A stretch of DNA of 64,000 nt from NCBI GenBank assembly GCA_051294905.1, contig CM119378.1, forward strand, positions 4,156,001 through 4,220,000. Reading direction: 5' to 3'. The position numbers and the translations under genes are program-made. The notes beneath the pieces are model-generated. The model was not told where the DNA came from, did not search any database, and was given only the letters and a program-made list of their open reading frames with translations. This DNA is from Botryllus schlosseri (taxonomy: Eukaryota). Positions within the stretch are counted from its first letter, which is position 1. Each line of letters opens with the position of its first letter. Below, piece after piece: positions 35,041 to 46,770 of this stretch.

Positions 35041-37399
35041 CAGTGGCGGCTCGTGACAATATCGGGTGGTGGGGCAAGGGCTGCGAGCGACTTTTATCAA
35101 CATGACGTCACAATGGCGTTTTCCAACGTAAAAAAGTAACTTTATGATGGTCACATGAATTTCCCGACAACAGTGATTTTAACGTAGGTGCCGCGAGAGG
35201 TTTGCCGGTGAGCCGTGACTTGAAGTGTGGTAACAAATGTTTTATTCATTTATTTTTAATCAATTACAAAATGTACGTGAACTACGAATCGTCCTATGCC
35301 ACGAATCAAGTATCAGGTCATCCTTAGTAGCATGCGTTTTGATTTCATGGTAGAGTTATAGATTACGCAAATCGATAGACCCTAAAATCCGACCGTCACC
35401 CCAAATTCGAAATCCGGATCCAGTCCGGCCAGGTAAAAAAACATTGAAATCCTGCTCCTGCTCCTGAACCGGACTGTGGCCATCTTTGGTTACGACCAGG
35501 TGATAATAGGCAACCAAAGCGGAGGCACCCGGCGTACGATTGGATCAATAGACTGGACAACTTCTAGACCTCTCATTTTCGCTCTAAAGGCAACTGCGTA
35601 AACTACGTACGGAATAAAGATTCAATACGATTCATGTTCGCACTTGACTTGACCTGACTAATTCCAATGACTAGAACTCGAGAGATTGCGTAAGCCTAAC
35701 TGGAAAGGTCAACGAGTTCGGACACATACGCAATTGTTATCTCATAGATTGGGCCTGTCATATTGAATCCAGAACATCAATTTGAATGGTCTTTGAAGAA
35801 CTACGGACAGCAGCCTCGGAACTTCGGTCTCGGAACAACGTAGGACATTTTGGCCTTGAAACTGGAGACTGTGACACAACACATACGGCTTACTGTCTAT
35901 AAGTCTGCTGCGAAATCGCCGTTGGAAAATATATTAATATATAAATACATGAATAAAAGCCGTAACTTAGTATACTGTTACAAGAAATCATCGAGAAGTA
36001 GCATACGCAATCTCATAACCCATTCCGGTATGGTACACTGTCAAAATCAATGCAAACAGACGAACACCGAACTTTGAGTAAAATAGATCGAGGAATAGGC
36101 TGATCGAATGATCAGCTGTTAGCCGACATCGAAAATGAAATAGCTATCGCAATTGACAGGGGATTGTAAGCAAATGGTTTGAAGGCCACAATTTCACAGT
36201 GAAATGGACATTGGCGAACATAAAATTATGCGAATACTTGAATGCAAACCGAGAATCTTGGTTAGCTGTTTCATGCGATCATCGAGATATACCATTGGAA
36301 ATATCATCACCGATCTCGTTAAGGAACGCAGACTATAGATTGGCACAGACCGACACCGGCTTTTGGGTGAGATCCGCAATGACGTAGGTAGGCTAAGTAT
36401 CAGATCAGCGCGCATCTCTACCATACTCGACCTCGAAAACGAAATAACTGCCTCAATCATTGAGTGTCAACTTTAAGACTTGGCACCGCGTTCGATACTA
36501 AAATCAAGACATACCGTGTGAAAGCTCATGACAGATCTAGGTATGGAACATCGTTAAAATCAATAGAGACCAATAACGGCTTTTGCGTAAATTTGTTGGC
36601 GATAAATGAAGAGTCAGCTCTTACTCGACTTTGGAAACGAAATTACCACCCACATAGTTCAGTGACAAACTTAAAACTTGTTACATCGGTCGATACTAAC
36701 ACTTACCGTGCCAAATGTCATGACCGATCTCGGTATAGAACATCGTCAAAATCAATGGAGACCAATACCGGCTTTTGAGTAAAATCCGTTTGCTGTACTA
36801 TGTACATGATAGATCAGCACACACTGAACTTCGGAAACGGAATTACTACCATTATCTTTAAGTAGCAAGCCTGAAACTTGGAGCAGTGTTAAATACTACC
36901 TTCACGACATATCATACCAAGTTTCAAGAATTATCATGGTGCGAAACACCGTCAAAATCGACCTATACCAGCAAAGGTCGACTCAACGCATATTACGGTA
37001 ACCGAGTTCAGATATAGATACGATTGTTACATCACACCTTAGGGGCGAGTAGGCATATTTGCCCCGGTTGCTCGGTCATTTTACGAATAGGAGAGAGAAA
37101 ATCACCGTTTCTTTATTGTGCGCGGCTTTGAGAGAATAGATAGTGAAAGCTTGTTATGAGCGCTACCGGGGCAAGCCCCGGCTAGGCATTCACAAAGCGA
37201 AAACACAGAAGAGAATTCGATTTTCTCAGAGACTTCGCTATGTATGGGCGTTTGCAAGCGAAAGCACAAGAAGAACGCGGGTTTCGCTGTGATCTCGGTA
37301 TATATTGATTGCTGTGCGTCTATAAATGGTTAAATTGTTATTGAACAGAATTTTAGGTGGGACAATGTCCCAGTTGCCCTATAGGACGAGCCGCCACTG
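35041..37399. mobile_element. hAT non-autonomous element carrying a ~200-bp tandem array
   Basis: Perfect 14-bp TIR CAGTGGCGGCTCGT; perfect TSD ATAAATAG; diverged tandem units at about 35850-36980. Confidence 0.9.
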
Positions 37400-37661
37400 A
37401 TAAATAGTATTGCCTCATTGATGGAAACGTCTTCATAATTATCGTTTTATAGTTGTAAATCATATTTTGCATTACATTATTTCCCAGTAAAACCAGCCGG
37501 GAAATCATTTCTGGTTATTTTTTATCATGAGACACTAAATCATGGAAAACCGGACTGACTATTAATAATAATAATGTGTTTATATAGCTTAGTGAACTAA
37601 TGACGATAACCTTCGTAGGTTAGAGAATGGAGACATGGGAACAAATGCGAACACAATCTAG

Positions 37662-38082
37662 CAGAGATGAGCATGGATTAGGATTAGGATTTGAAAAAAC
37701 AGGATTTGTGAAATTTTGTCGGAGTTGGATTGGATTAGGATTAGAGATTTTTTTCTCAACGGATTAGGATTTGGATTGGATTTACCTATTTTCTGGGAGA
37801 TCGATATGTCGTGTGGCCAATGGCGACAAACTATATTCAGATCAGTTATTAATGTACTTACGGTTACTAAGTTATCTTGAATCAAGGGAATCGTTGGTTG
37901 TGAAAGAAAATTTTCCAATTCCTCCCTTGCATAAATTAGCATTTTATCTGAATTTCCAGTTAGAATCGGATTAGGATTGGACATGGACTTGAATATGAAA
38001 AAGTTATGGATTAGGATTTGGATTTGAAGGTTCGGATTTGGATTGGAGTAGGACATAGAAATTCCAAATCCGCTCATCTCTG
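37662..38082. mobile_element. hAT MITE with GGATT repeats, copy 2
   Basis: TIR CAGAGATGAGC; perfect TSD CAATCTAG; highly similar to 34552-34978. Confidence 0.92.
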
Positions 38083-38622
38083 CAATCTAGTTCAGGTGCA
38101 GGAGCTGAATGGATTTCATAGATTTTAAGTCGGACTGTATCCGGATTTTAAAAACACGTTCCTAATGTGGGATGTTCCCAGCTAATTTTGACTGGCTCTA
38201 GTTCTTTTTATAAATATTTGTTTCAATTTTAAAGCAACACAAAATATCAGAATGGCAGGACTTTGCGGAATTTTAGGTATCAGCTGATTTTTCTCGGATT
38301 TCGAATAGCCAATCGGAGCCGGATGGATTCGGATATCCGAGCGTGATAATCTGTGCAGTCTGAACCAAGCCCCGAACTACTGCCATCTCCGGCTAAGCAA
38401 ATTTGCGTTGTCACCATGTTACAGTTGCATTGTGGGGGATAGGCTGGACGACTTAGTACAGGCGCTTATGGAAAAACGTCCAGTTTTAAAATATATTTGA
38501 TTCGTATTGGGTTTGTAGTATTTTATACGAATGGAGCTTTGAATGAATAATCATCGTAACATTCAGGATTTGTTTCAGCCCAATATCTCGTGTTTATATC
38601 TGTGTTATCTGTGTATTTCGAC

Positions 38623-41438
38623 ATGTCGAAGACATCTCGTTTTGGTGGTAGCGTTTGTTGCACCTATGGGTGCAGTAAAAGGCAGAAAAAGATATCCACG
38701 GAGTCATATATGAGAAGTAATAGCGATGGTAGTAGCGATGAAGAGTCTTTGGTAAAGCGTCGGCATCCAAGAACATTTCACCGGTGAGTGAATGGCAGAA
38801 TATGCAGGGCAGCAAGACTATCTTTGAAGAATCAGTTTCTATTTTTAATATTTCCTGACCATCACAGTTAATCAATGTCCAGATAAGCCACAGCATTAAT
38901 GAATAGGCCATGTTAAAGTGTCATTATACCAGAACATTTTGTCACAAGTATAATGATGTTGGTATGATCAGAGCAGACTATATCAGCAGTCTCAGCACCA
39001 TGTCAGTTCATCAGTATACCTGTAATACAGTGGTTCCCAACCTTTTTTCACTCACGTACCATTTCGTGGTTTTATGCAGTGCTCGCGTACCACCTACATA
39101 AGTTACGCGCGCTGAAGGCGGTTAAAAATGTTTCCGTCATTTATGACGTCATAACGACGTATTTGACCTATGCGAGGCGTAATAGCAAATACTAATAAAC
39201 TAGGCATTATCAGCCAGGGTTAATGGGATGCATGAAATTGTTTTTTCACCACCAGTCACAAGAAGAACAACATAAAGAAATAACAGAAAACAACAAACGT
39301 CAATTGCTTTTATGCGATGGCTGCATTAGCTAATTTTCCACTAGCTCAGCGGTTATCAAACTTTTATAGACACGCCCCCAGTGAAAAATTTCGCGCCCCC
39401 CTTATCGTGATATCACAAAATGCAACCAGAATGCTAGCAATCCCGACGAATAATTTGATGGCATGGAAGATTATTACTGTTGATAAAAGAATTCTCAAAT
39501 ATGCAATTAGAACTACACACAGAGCAAAAACAATGTGATTTTTATATATATATAAATCGCGCGAAGCGCGAAAAAAATTTTTCAGTTGGCTTCAGCTTCG
39601 CGCCACCCTTCAGATGTTTTAACCACCACCCCAGTTTGAGAACCACTGCACTAGTTGGTCGATGCGGGGCATATGTTTGCTCACAGCGCATCGATAGTAC
39701 TGCATGGGCGCAACTAGTTGGTTTAGTTTCTTCGACTTGATAGTCATCAGAGATAAAAATCCTTGCTCGCGCTCCCACGTAGAAGAGAAAATTAGCAGCT
39801 GGGGAATAGCGTGAGAAGCTAGAGCCTAGTACGAGGAGGCAATGCTAAGCCTGAAATTTATTGGAGAACAATCTTTGTGTTCAACCCCACCTTAACTAAT
39901 AACTACCATCGGTCGAAAAAAAAGCAGAATATACTCGCGTACCACCTGGAAGACCTTCGCGTACCACTAGTGGTACGCGTACCACAGGTTGGGAACCACT
40001 GCTGTAATAGCATGACCAGCCAGGTCACTGTTTGTATTCTGTATGGGCAGTTCAGCCAATAACTAGCTTAGTACTCAATCCTTGCTTAAAATTGTCGTGA
40101 AGGTTGGAGGTAGGACTAGAAGGAAAGGTATAATTGAGGGCCACACGGTTTTGTCCAGCATAGTTGAGTAATAACTCTATATTTCTGGTGCCAGATGCTC
40201 ACACTAAAGTTCAAATTGCTAATTCCATGGTCGAGTTCATTATAGCTTTGTGCGTGCGAGACGTTCGATTTGTCTCGTAAGATGTTTTTTTTAGGTTTAC
40301 CTTTGGCTTTGGATTTAAAAGTTTACCTAATAGTTTATCCTTCTGGGGTAGAAAGTAACAGATATATCTAAATCAAACAAGATAATTTCACATATGTTCC
40401 TGCTACTTTTATCATCGTTCATAACAAAGAATGGTCAATTTGGTGTGCTTCGTATCATAGAATTACTTGTGAACTGATACAATGTTCTCTACAACGCAGC
40501 TTTCCTACCAATGATTCCCTGAAAGAAAGATGGATAGAATGTATTAGAAAAGACTGGGAGCCAGCAAGATCGTCGGTCATCTGTTCTGATCATTTTTCAG
40601 AAAGTGATATTTACCGTGTTGGCGGGAGAATTCGTTTAAGGACGAATGCGGTGCCGACAAGATTTCTGAATTTTCCAAAATATATGAGGCCAAAGGTACG
40701 GTAGACGCTAGACAGTGACTATATATTTATGAAGTTTGAGTTCCAATTACTTACCTTTATTTTAGCCCTAGTTAACATAAAATTCACAAATTTCAGGCTT
40801 CAAACAACCGACGAGTGAGACCTTCTGCAGTTCCAGATAAGAAACGGCATTATGAAGCACAAACCGCTGAACCTGAAGTAGTTCTTCACGACCACAGCTA
40901 CTGTGCGCACACGTCTCCTCGAAAAGTCGTTCAACAGCAACGCCGTAGGGTCGCAGAAATTAAAAAGAGGTTGGTTGCAGCCAGAATGAGAACATACCGT
41001 CTGCAAAAAAAAGTGAAATCTCTGGATGAGGTCATTGCATCTCTTAAGAAGAACAATTTGATAAGCGATTCGTGTGTGGAGGTAATGTCACAAAAATTCA
41101 GTGGTCTACCAAGTGAGCTCTTGCAACGTATGAAGCTACAAGCTGGTGGAAGAGGAGTCAAATACTCCAAGGAACTGCAATCATTTGCAATGACGCTTCA
41201 GTATTATTCCACTAAGGCATACAATTTTGTGCGTCAGAATTTTCAACTTGCTCTTCCCCATCCAAGTGTGATAAGACGCTGGTATGGAAAACTTCCCGCT
41301 GAGCCTGGCTTTACTAGTATTGCCTTTTCTGCCATCAGAGGAAAAGTAGAGGCATCAGCAAATCCTGTAATATGCTCCATAATGATGGATGAAATGTCGA
41401 TCAATGTGTCTTCAAGTGAACAATTGCTCATATGTTAG
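38623..41438 (+). CDS. Spliced THAP-domain P-transposase (THAP9-like) truncated just after the first catalytic Asp; 332 aa
   Basis: Exons 38623-38783, 40500-40695, 40797-41438 (999 nt, GT-AG, in frame). THAP C2CH: CCTYGC...FHRFP...W...ICSDHF...AVPTRF; DHSY; coiled coil; YSKELQSFAMTLQYYSTKAY...LPHPSVIRRW; CSIMMDEMSI, then stop. Confidence 0.85.
39028..40001. mobile_element. Charlie-like hAT MITE in THAP intron 1
   Basis: TIR CAGTGGTTCCCAACC; perfect TSD CTGTAATA; CGTACC repeats. Confidence 0.93.
39347..39648. mobile_element. hAT MITE nested in 39028-40001
   Basis: Termini CAGCGGTTATCAAACT/AGTTTGAGAACCACTG; TSD CACTAGCT/CACTAGTT. Confidence 0.82.
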
Positions 41439-43704
41439 TTCATTTATCTTGAACAGTGCCCCAAAACGACGTCGTCGTCGTAGGACCCGCAGTGGGGTGG
41501 CCTTCAATGTGACTGTGCCGCGTAAGAAGAGAAGAAATTCCATTAAATTGGAACTAAGATCAGAATCGGTTCGTTTATTATACCTCGTTCGCAGATATTA
41601 AGCCCTAACTTATCCCACATTTGACTTTCAGATCAGTGTTAATTACGCCGAAGGCGACGTAAAGTCGATAACAATTAATTTATTTCTGTTTTTATTTTTT
41701 ATGTTGTTATTTTAATAGAAAAATTCGTTTCTCATAACCGAAGCTGGTGTTTCTGAAAACGAGAGTTCAGCATTTTGGTACGAGACAGTACAGCGCGGTA
41801 TTTCGTGTGACGAGGCAGTACAGTTCACATCTCCAGTTAGTTTTGAATCCAAACTAATTTCTGGTTTCATGAAAGTGCAAAACGAGCCAAGCTTCATGTA
41901 CACACGTATATGGGTAGCTATAGGTGTAATTATGATAAAATACATGTACGCCGTTTAGATTGTATCTTGTGCCGTTTTGATTCGATAAAATTAATATTTA
42001 TTATGAACTCCCAAAGTGCACAGATTGCTGTTACAACCAACATAGCCCCAATTTCACTGTGAATTGGGCAATTCTAGCTACATCTGAATAAGGACCCATG
42101 CATTTCTTGTTTCTCTCATTCAATGAACTCATTCAGTCACTTCTACAGAAATCACTACCCCATCGCCACACATAGCAGACATATCTTTACTTTCTCTTTT
42201 TTGGATTTATTTAAATACGCTGAACCAATAAATACGTAGAATAACCACAATGGCATTCAGTTGATTTCAGCAGTGCCTTTTGATATGTCCCATGATGCTG
42301 AATTTTCTCCATCAGCAATATTCACAGCTGGCAGTTATAGCATTCACATCAGCTCCATTGAAGTATGAAGATTTTGAATCCAGGATAGGTAATTCCGAGG
42401 CACGCTCCGATAATAACTTCAAGCTGACAATCGTAGATGCTTTTACTTCCTATAGATACATATATCTGAAAGATAACTGAACTGGCATTATACATCTTTT
42501 GACAGCTTGGTTATTTCTGTACACGTAAAATATGCTGGATACAACGAGTAAAGCAATCTACATCAGGAATATAACCACAAAAAAATACATACGATGACAC
42601 ATAGACAACCTTATTTTACCACGAACAGTCGAAACCACTTATATCTTCGACATGTCGAAATACACCGATAACACAGATATAAACACGAGATATTGGGCTG
42701 AAACAAATCCTGAATGTTACGATGATTATTCATTCAAAGCTCCATTCGTATAAAATACTACAAACCCAATACGAATCAAATATATTTTAGAACTGGACGT
42801 TTTTCCATAAGCTCCTGCACTAAATCGTCCAGCCTATCCCCCACAATGCAACTGTTTCTAGTGACAACGTAAATATCGCGAGTAGCGCACTCCAGTGTTT
42901 ATATAGCTCAGTGGTCTGAACTCTTAATATGACTCCTGGCTAGTTTTCTATATATGGCTGAAGGCTGATTCATTGCGAGTGAATCAATAGTTATCACTGA
43001 GAAGGCATTTTCTGTCTGTCTGTCTGTCTGTCTGTCGATCTGAACGCTGATAATGCGGTTAGAGAGAGATATAGAGAAAGTTGTTTATTCAGTTCCACAA
43101 ACAAATTACCGTACTTCAATGCAAAAGAGAGCAAGTGTTATGTTTTCTAATGCAGAACCAGGCTCGGGGGGTCGTCCAGCTATAGCTACTGCCTGAATGG
43201 AGTATTGATGCATCGCCGAAAGACAGCACATAAATTGACCTAACGTGAAAAATTGAGAAACTTCAACAAAATAACGTCAACGCCACTCGTCATGTCGTCT
43301 GACATTGCAACAAAACAAAGATGGAGGAACTAGGAATAGAGGAAGCCACAGTAACTGTAATTAATTTGTCAATAAGAACATGACGTACAGGTATACAGGC
43401 AAGAATCAACAAGGAAGTAGTAAGTTAAGTTTTGAGTGTGCATATATATCACTGCGCCACTACTGGAATCTCGGTACTTTTGCCTAATATAGCACGTGAC
43501 TCACCGACGTGAGCAGCGATGATTTTCTAAGTTTGAGTAATTCAATAAAAAATAATAAAAAATAAAACATAGTGTGAGCACAGGACACTGATTCCATACA
43601 GGCACTGCGCAACATATATATAGCATTATAACAGCTACGGTACTTAAGAAAGCTAGCAAATGCTTGAACGATTTATAGGAACAGTATTAGTATTTATTAT
43701 ATTT

Positions 43705-44104
43705 TAGGGTTGCCATATTTTGGGAATCCGAAAAGAGGACACTTTTTCAAAATTATAAATGGTAAATTTCCCGACTTTGTAGTCAATTGACTAAAAAAAC
43801 GGTGATCTTTTCATCTCAAATCCTGAATTGCCAGCTTTCGATGACATTTTTTGTTCTGGTTTACTAAAAATAAGGTATTTTTTTCTGGCTCAAGTCCCGA
43901 AAAACCCATCGGACCGTTACTTGGCCACTAATTTCCTATATTTCAGCCCAATTTCCATGTAGCCTACATTTTACCAAATCTCTCAAAAAAGAAGACAAAT
44001 TCTCGAAAAGAGGACATTTAGGCGTCCTTCGAGGACACTTTCCAAAAAGTCAAAAAAGAGGACAAATCCTCTTGAAATACTAAAGAGGACGTATGGTAAC
44101 CCTA
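43705..44104. mobile_element. hAT MITE (TAGGGTTGCC, GAGGAC repeats)
   Basis: TIR TAGGGTT(G/A)CCATA; TSD TTATATTT/TTCTATTT. Confidence 0.85.
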
Positions 44105-45235
44105 TTCTATTTAGGACACAACATTTTTGTATAAATAAATCAATGACATATATATCTGTTCTTTAATCAGGTCTAGTCTTTCGAAACAAAACTTCTAATT
44201 GGGTTTTGCCGTTTTTGTTTTTTGCCAGCTCTGAATGATCAGATGTGATTTGATGTAGGCCCACCTTGATGAAATTATTGGCGTTTTTTTCGCCATCAAG
44301 TTGCAGCAGAATACGTAAGTATGGTGCTGAAAGAGAGCATTGTATATTCATCACTAAGTATGAATACAGAATTTATACCTAAAGATTGACTGGATGCAGC
44401 AGGCCTAAACCAAATGCAGTTCATTAAAGTATTATGAAATAAAATAAATATTGATAGTGATATAATATGCTCTATTACTCTGATTGTGGGATAAAGCAGT
44501 GCACAGTAAAGTGATGAGTAGGCTAACTTGTTCTCTATTGTGTAGGCCTAAAATGAAGAGAGTCGATTATTGTATTATATAATTAATGCTAGTTCATAAT
44601 TTTGGTAATGTATATACATTTCATCACCTCTTTCAAGATTGTTCTTAATATATGATCAAATTGATGTCTATGTCAGATGTCTTAGGATATTATAATGTAT
44701 GAGATTGCTGATTTCATATCCACAAGATATCCACAATTTTCAAGATATCCAGACTACAATGTAGGGGGTTGAGACGATTGGCAAGGTGGAATAGCTTGAT
44801 TTGATTACTCGTAGTACAATCCAAATACGTAGCTATTATGGAGTTTTTGGAGTGTTAATAGTTAATTTAATTGCTAAACATCCACTCCGAAATATTCTTC
44901 ATAAATTTGATTTGCAAGGGTACTCCAAGTCAGTTATATTTTTTTGAGAGCGCGAGAGATGTACCTATCTACTTCAAATACTTGATAGTAAAGTCAGAGA
45001 CATTATGTATCATTTATATATATATGAAAAACAGGGGCCCAGTACAGTTCGTTTAGCGCACAAATTTCAACTGTTGATTTCTCAAATGAAAATTCATGAT
45101 TTTTGGTAAAGTACTGCCTATTACTCAAGTGACATTCCTTTAGTTTATATTTGTTACTCCTAAATCTATAGTTATTTCATCTGCCTAGAAGTATAGTCAT
45201 ATCGACACTGTGAAACGCATTTTGAAGACCTAAAT

Positions 45236-45498
45236 CAGGGGTGTCAAACCGCCCAGTCATCGTATTATTGCCCTAATTCCATTGTTTGCGAATAACAGTG
45301 TAGCTAGAATAGAACCCCTATGATCCGGAATATAATGCGATATACTATTGTGTGTATAGGCTTGATAATGAAGTATTCCAATGAAAAACAAGGGCAGATT
45401 TTTGGGATAATATTTTGGAATCATTTGACTGGTGTGGCCCGCGAGCGATCTGAAGGTTTGAATCCGGCCCTTGACGCAAGTTGGGTTTGACACCCCTG
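45236..45498. mobile_element. Charlie-like hAT MITE
   Basis: TIR CAGGGGTGTCAAACC; TSD ACCTAAAT/ATCTAAAT. Confidence 0.88.
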
Positions 45499-46525
45499 AT
45501 CTAAATAAATACAAATGGGAGTTAGTTTGTTTAATAAGCTCTGAAATATGTTATTGAAATTGACACTATCGATGGCAGCATGGTAACTTGTGTGTTTTTC
45601 TCTATACCCAATCTGTTTTGTAGATAATATAATGTAGCCTATGTTATAGTTTTCTGTGAAGTTGGTTAACCTATGGTCTATGGAGCATTATTTTTTTAAA
45701 TTATTTTGGACATATATATATGTATACTAGTATACCGTATGTACAATTGTACACCTGCATTAAATTCTGCATTTCTTAGTTTTTCCTTTACATTTTTCCT
45801 GACCATTCACCATTGGTAGGCATTAGCAGCTGTGGTTAGGATTAGAGAGAACGGTAAAATTGTTGGGGTACAACCGAAAAGCGCTCTATTTTACTTTAAA
45901 ATATCATTCAATGCCATTTCCTGGACAGAGTTAGGTCTTTACTTGACATCAATCCACATTGTACTGGTAAGTGGTAATGATTATTTATTTCTGATTTCTT
46001 GATAAAAAATATTGCGTCTCTTGTTAGCTAAAATTGACAACAGCCTAAGCTATATTTACAGCTCTACAGTAAGCAACGATGCTATTGAAAATTATAGTAT
46101 TATATCGCACTGTGATTGATGTTTACACCTATTTCGTCACTGACCATGTCTGAATAATATCTGACGGAAAATAAGCTACATGAAGCTTGAATTTACTAAT
46201 GTATAATATTCAGCGTGAAAAAAATTATTTCAAGTAATCAGCAGGCTCCATTAATCTGTCTGCTACAAGATTTTGCAACACTGTCAACACAGCATATTCT
46301 GTGTTAATTCTTACTGCCTGATCATGTTTACTTCAAAATATTTTTCTTGTATGCTTCAGATTCATTCGGATTTTTCAGATTTTGCATGCATCAGGCTGTT
46401 ATGATGTTCGACATGATTTCTCACTAGGCAGCAATGCGGCTGTTTAGTTACTTCTTAAATATTGGGGCTCATTTTAATACCGTATGAAACTACTATACAA
46501 TTGTATATTGAAGTTGTAACAGTCT

Positions 46526-46770
46526 GCTCAATTGACTGTGTTGTTTGGAATCTATGCCATGAATGTAGTCATGTTTTCATATATACTACTGATTTTATGT
46601 GACTGTTGCTATGAGTTCCAAATGAAACACTGTATTTGCACATGCCTGGAAAGCCCCTCAACAAATTGTTCATTGGGAAAATCATTTAGGATAGATAATT
46701 CCTTGTACCCGTAAAGCTCTGAATATATTATTCTATTGTATACTGAAGTTCTGTACCTCCAAGAAGCTCC
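46526..46770 (+). repeat. ~250-bp direct repeat flanking dynamin copy A (other copy 52152-52432; partial copy 52440-52567)
   Basis: Long identical block TACTGATTTTATGTGACTGTTGCTATGAGTTCCAAATGAAACACTGTATTTGCACATGC in both full copies. Confidence 0.85.

Larger units (their letters stand above)
38366..42913 (+). mobile_element. P-superfamily (THAP transposase) DNA transposon, internally deleted
   Basis: Perfect 8-bp TSD GTCTGAAC (38358-38365, 42914-42921); CA...TG termini; ~230-bp subterminal inverted repeats (about 38401-38632 and 42644-42875); THAP/P-transposase coding exons. Confidence 0.85.
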
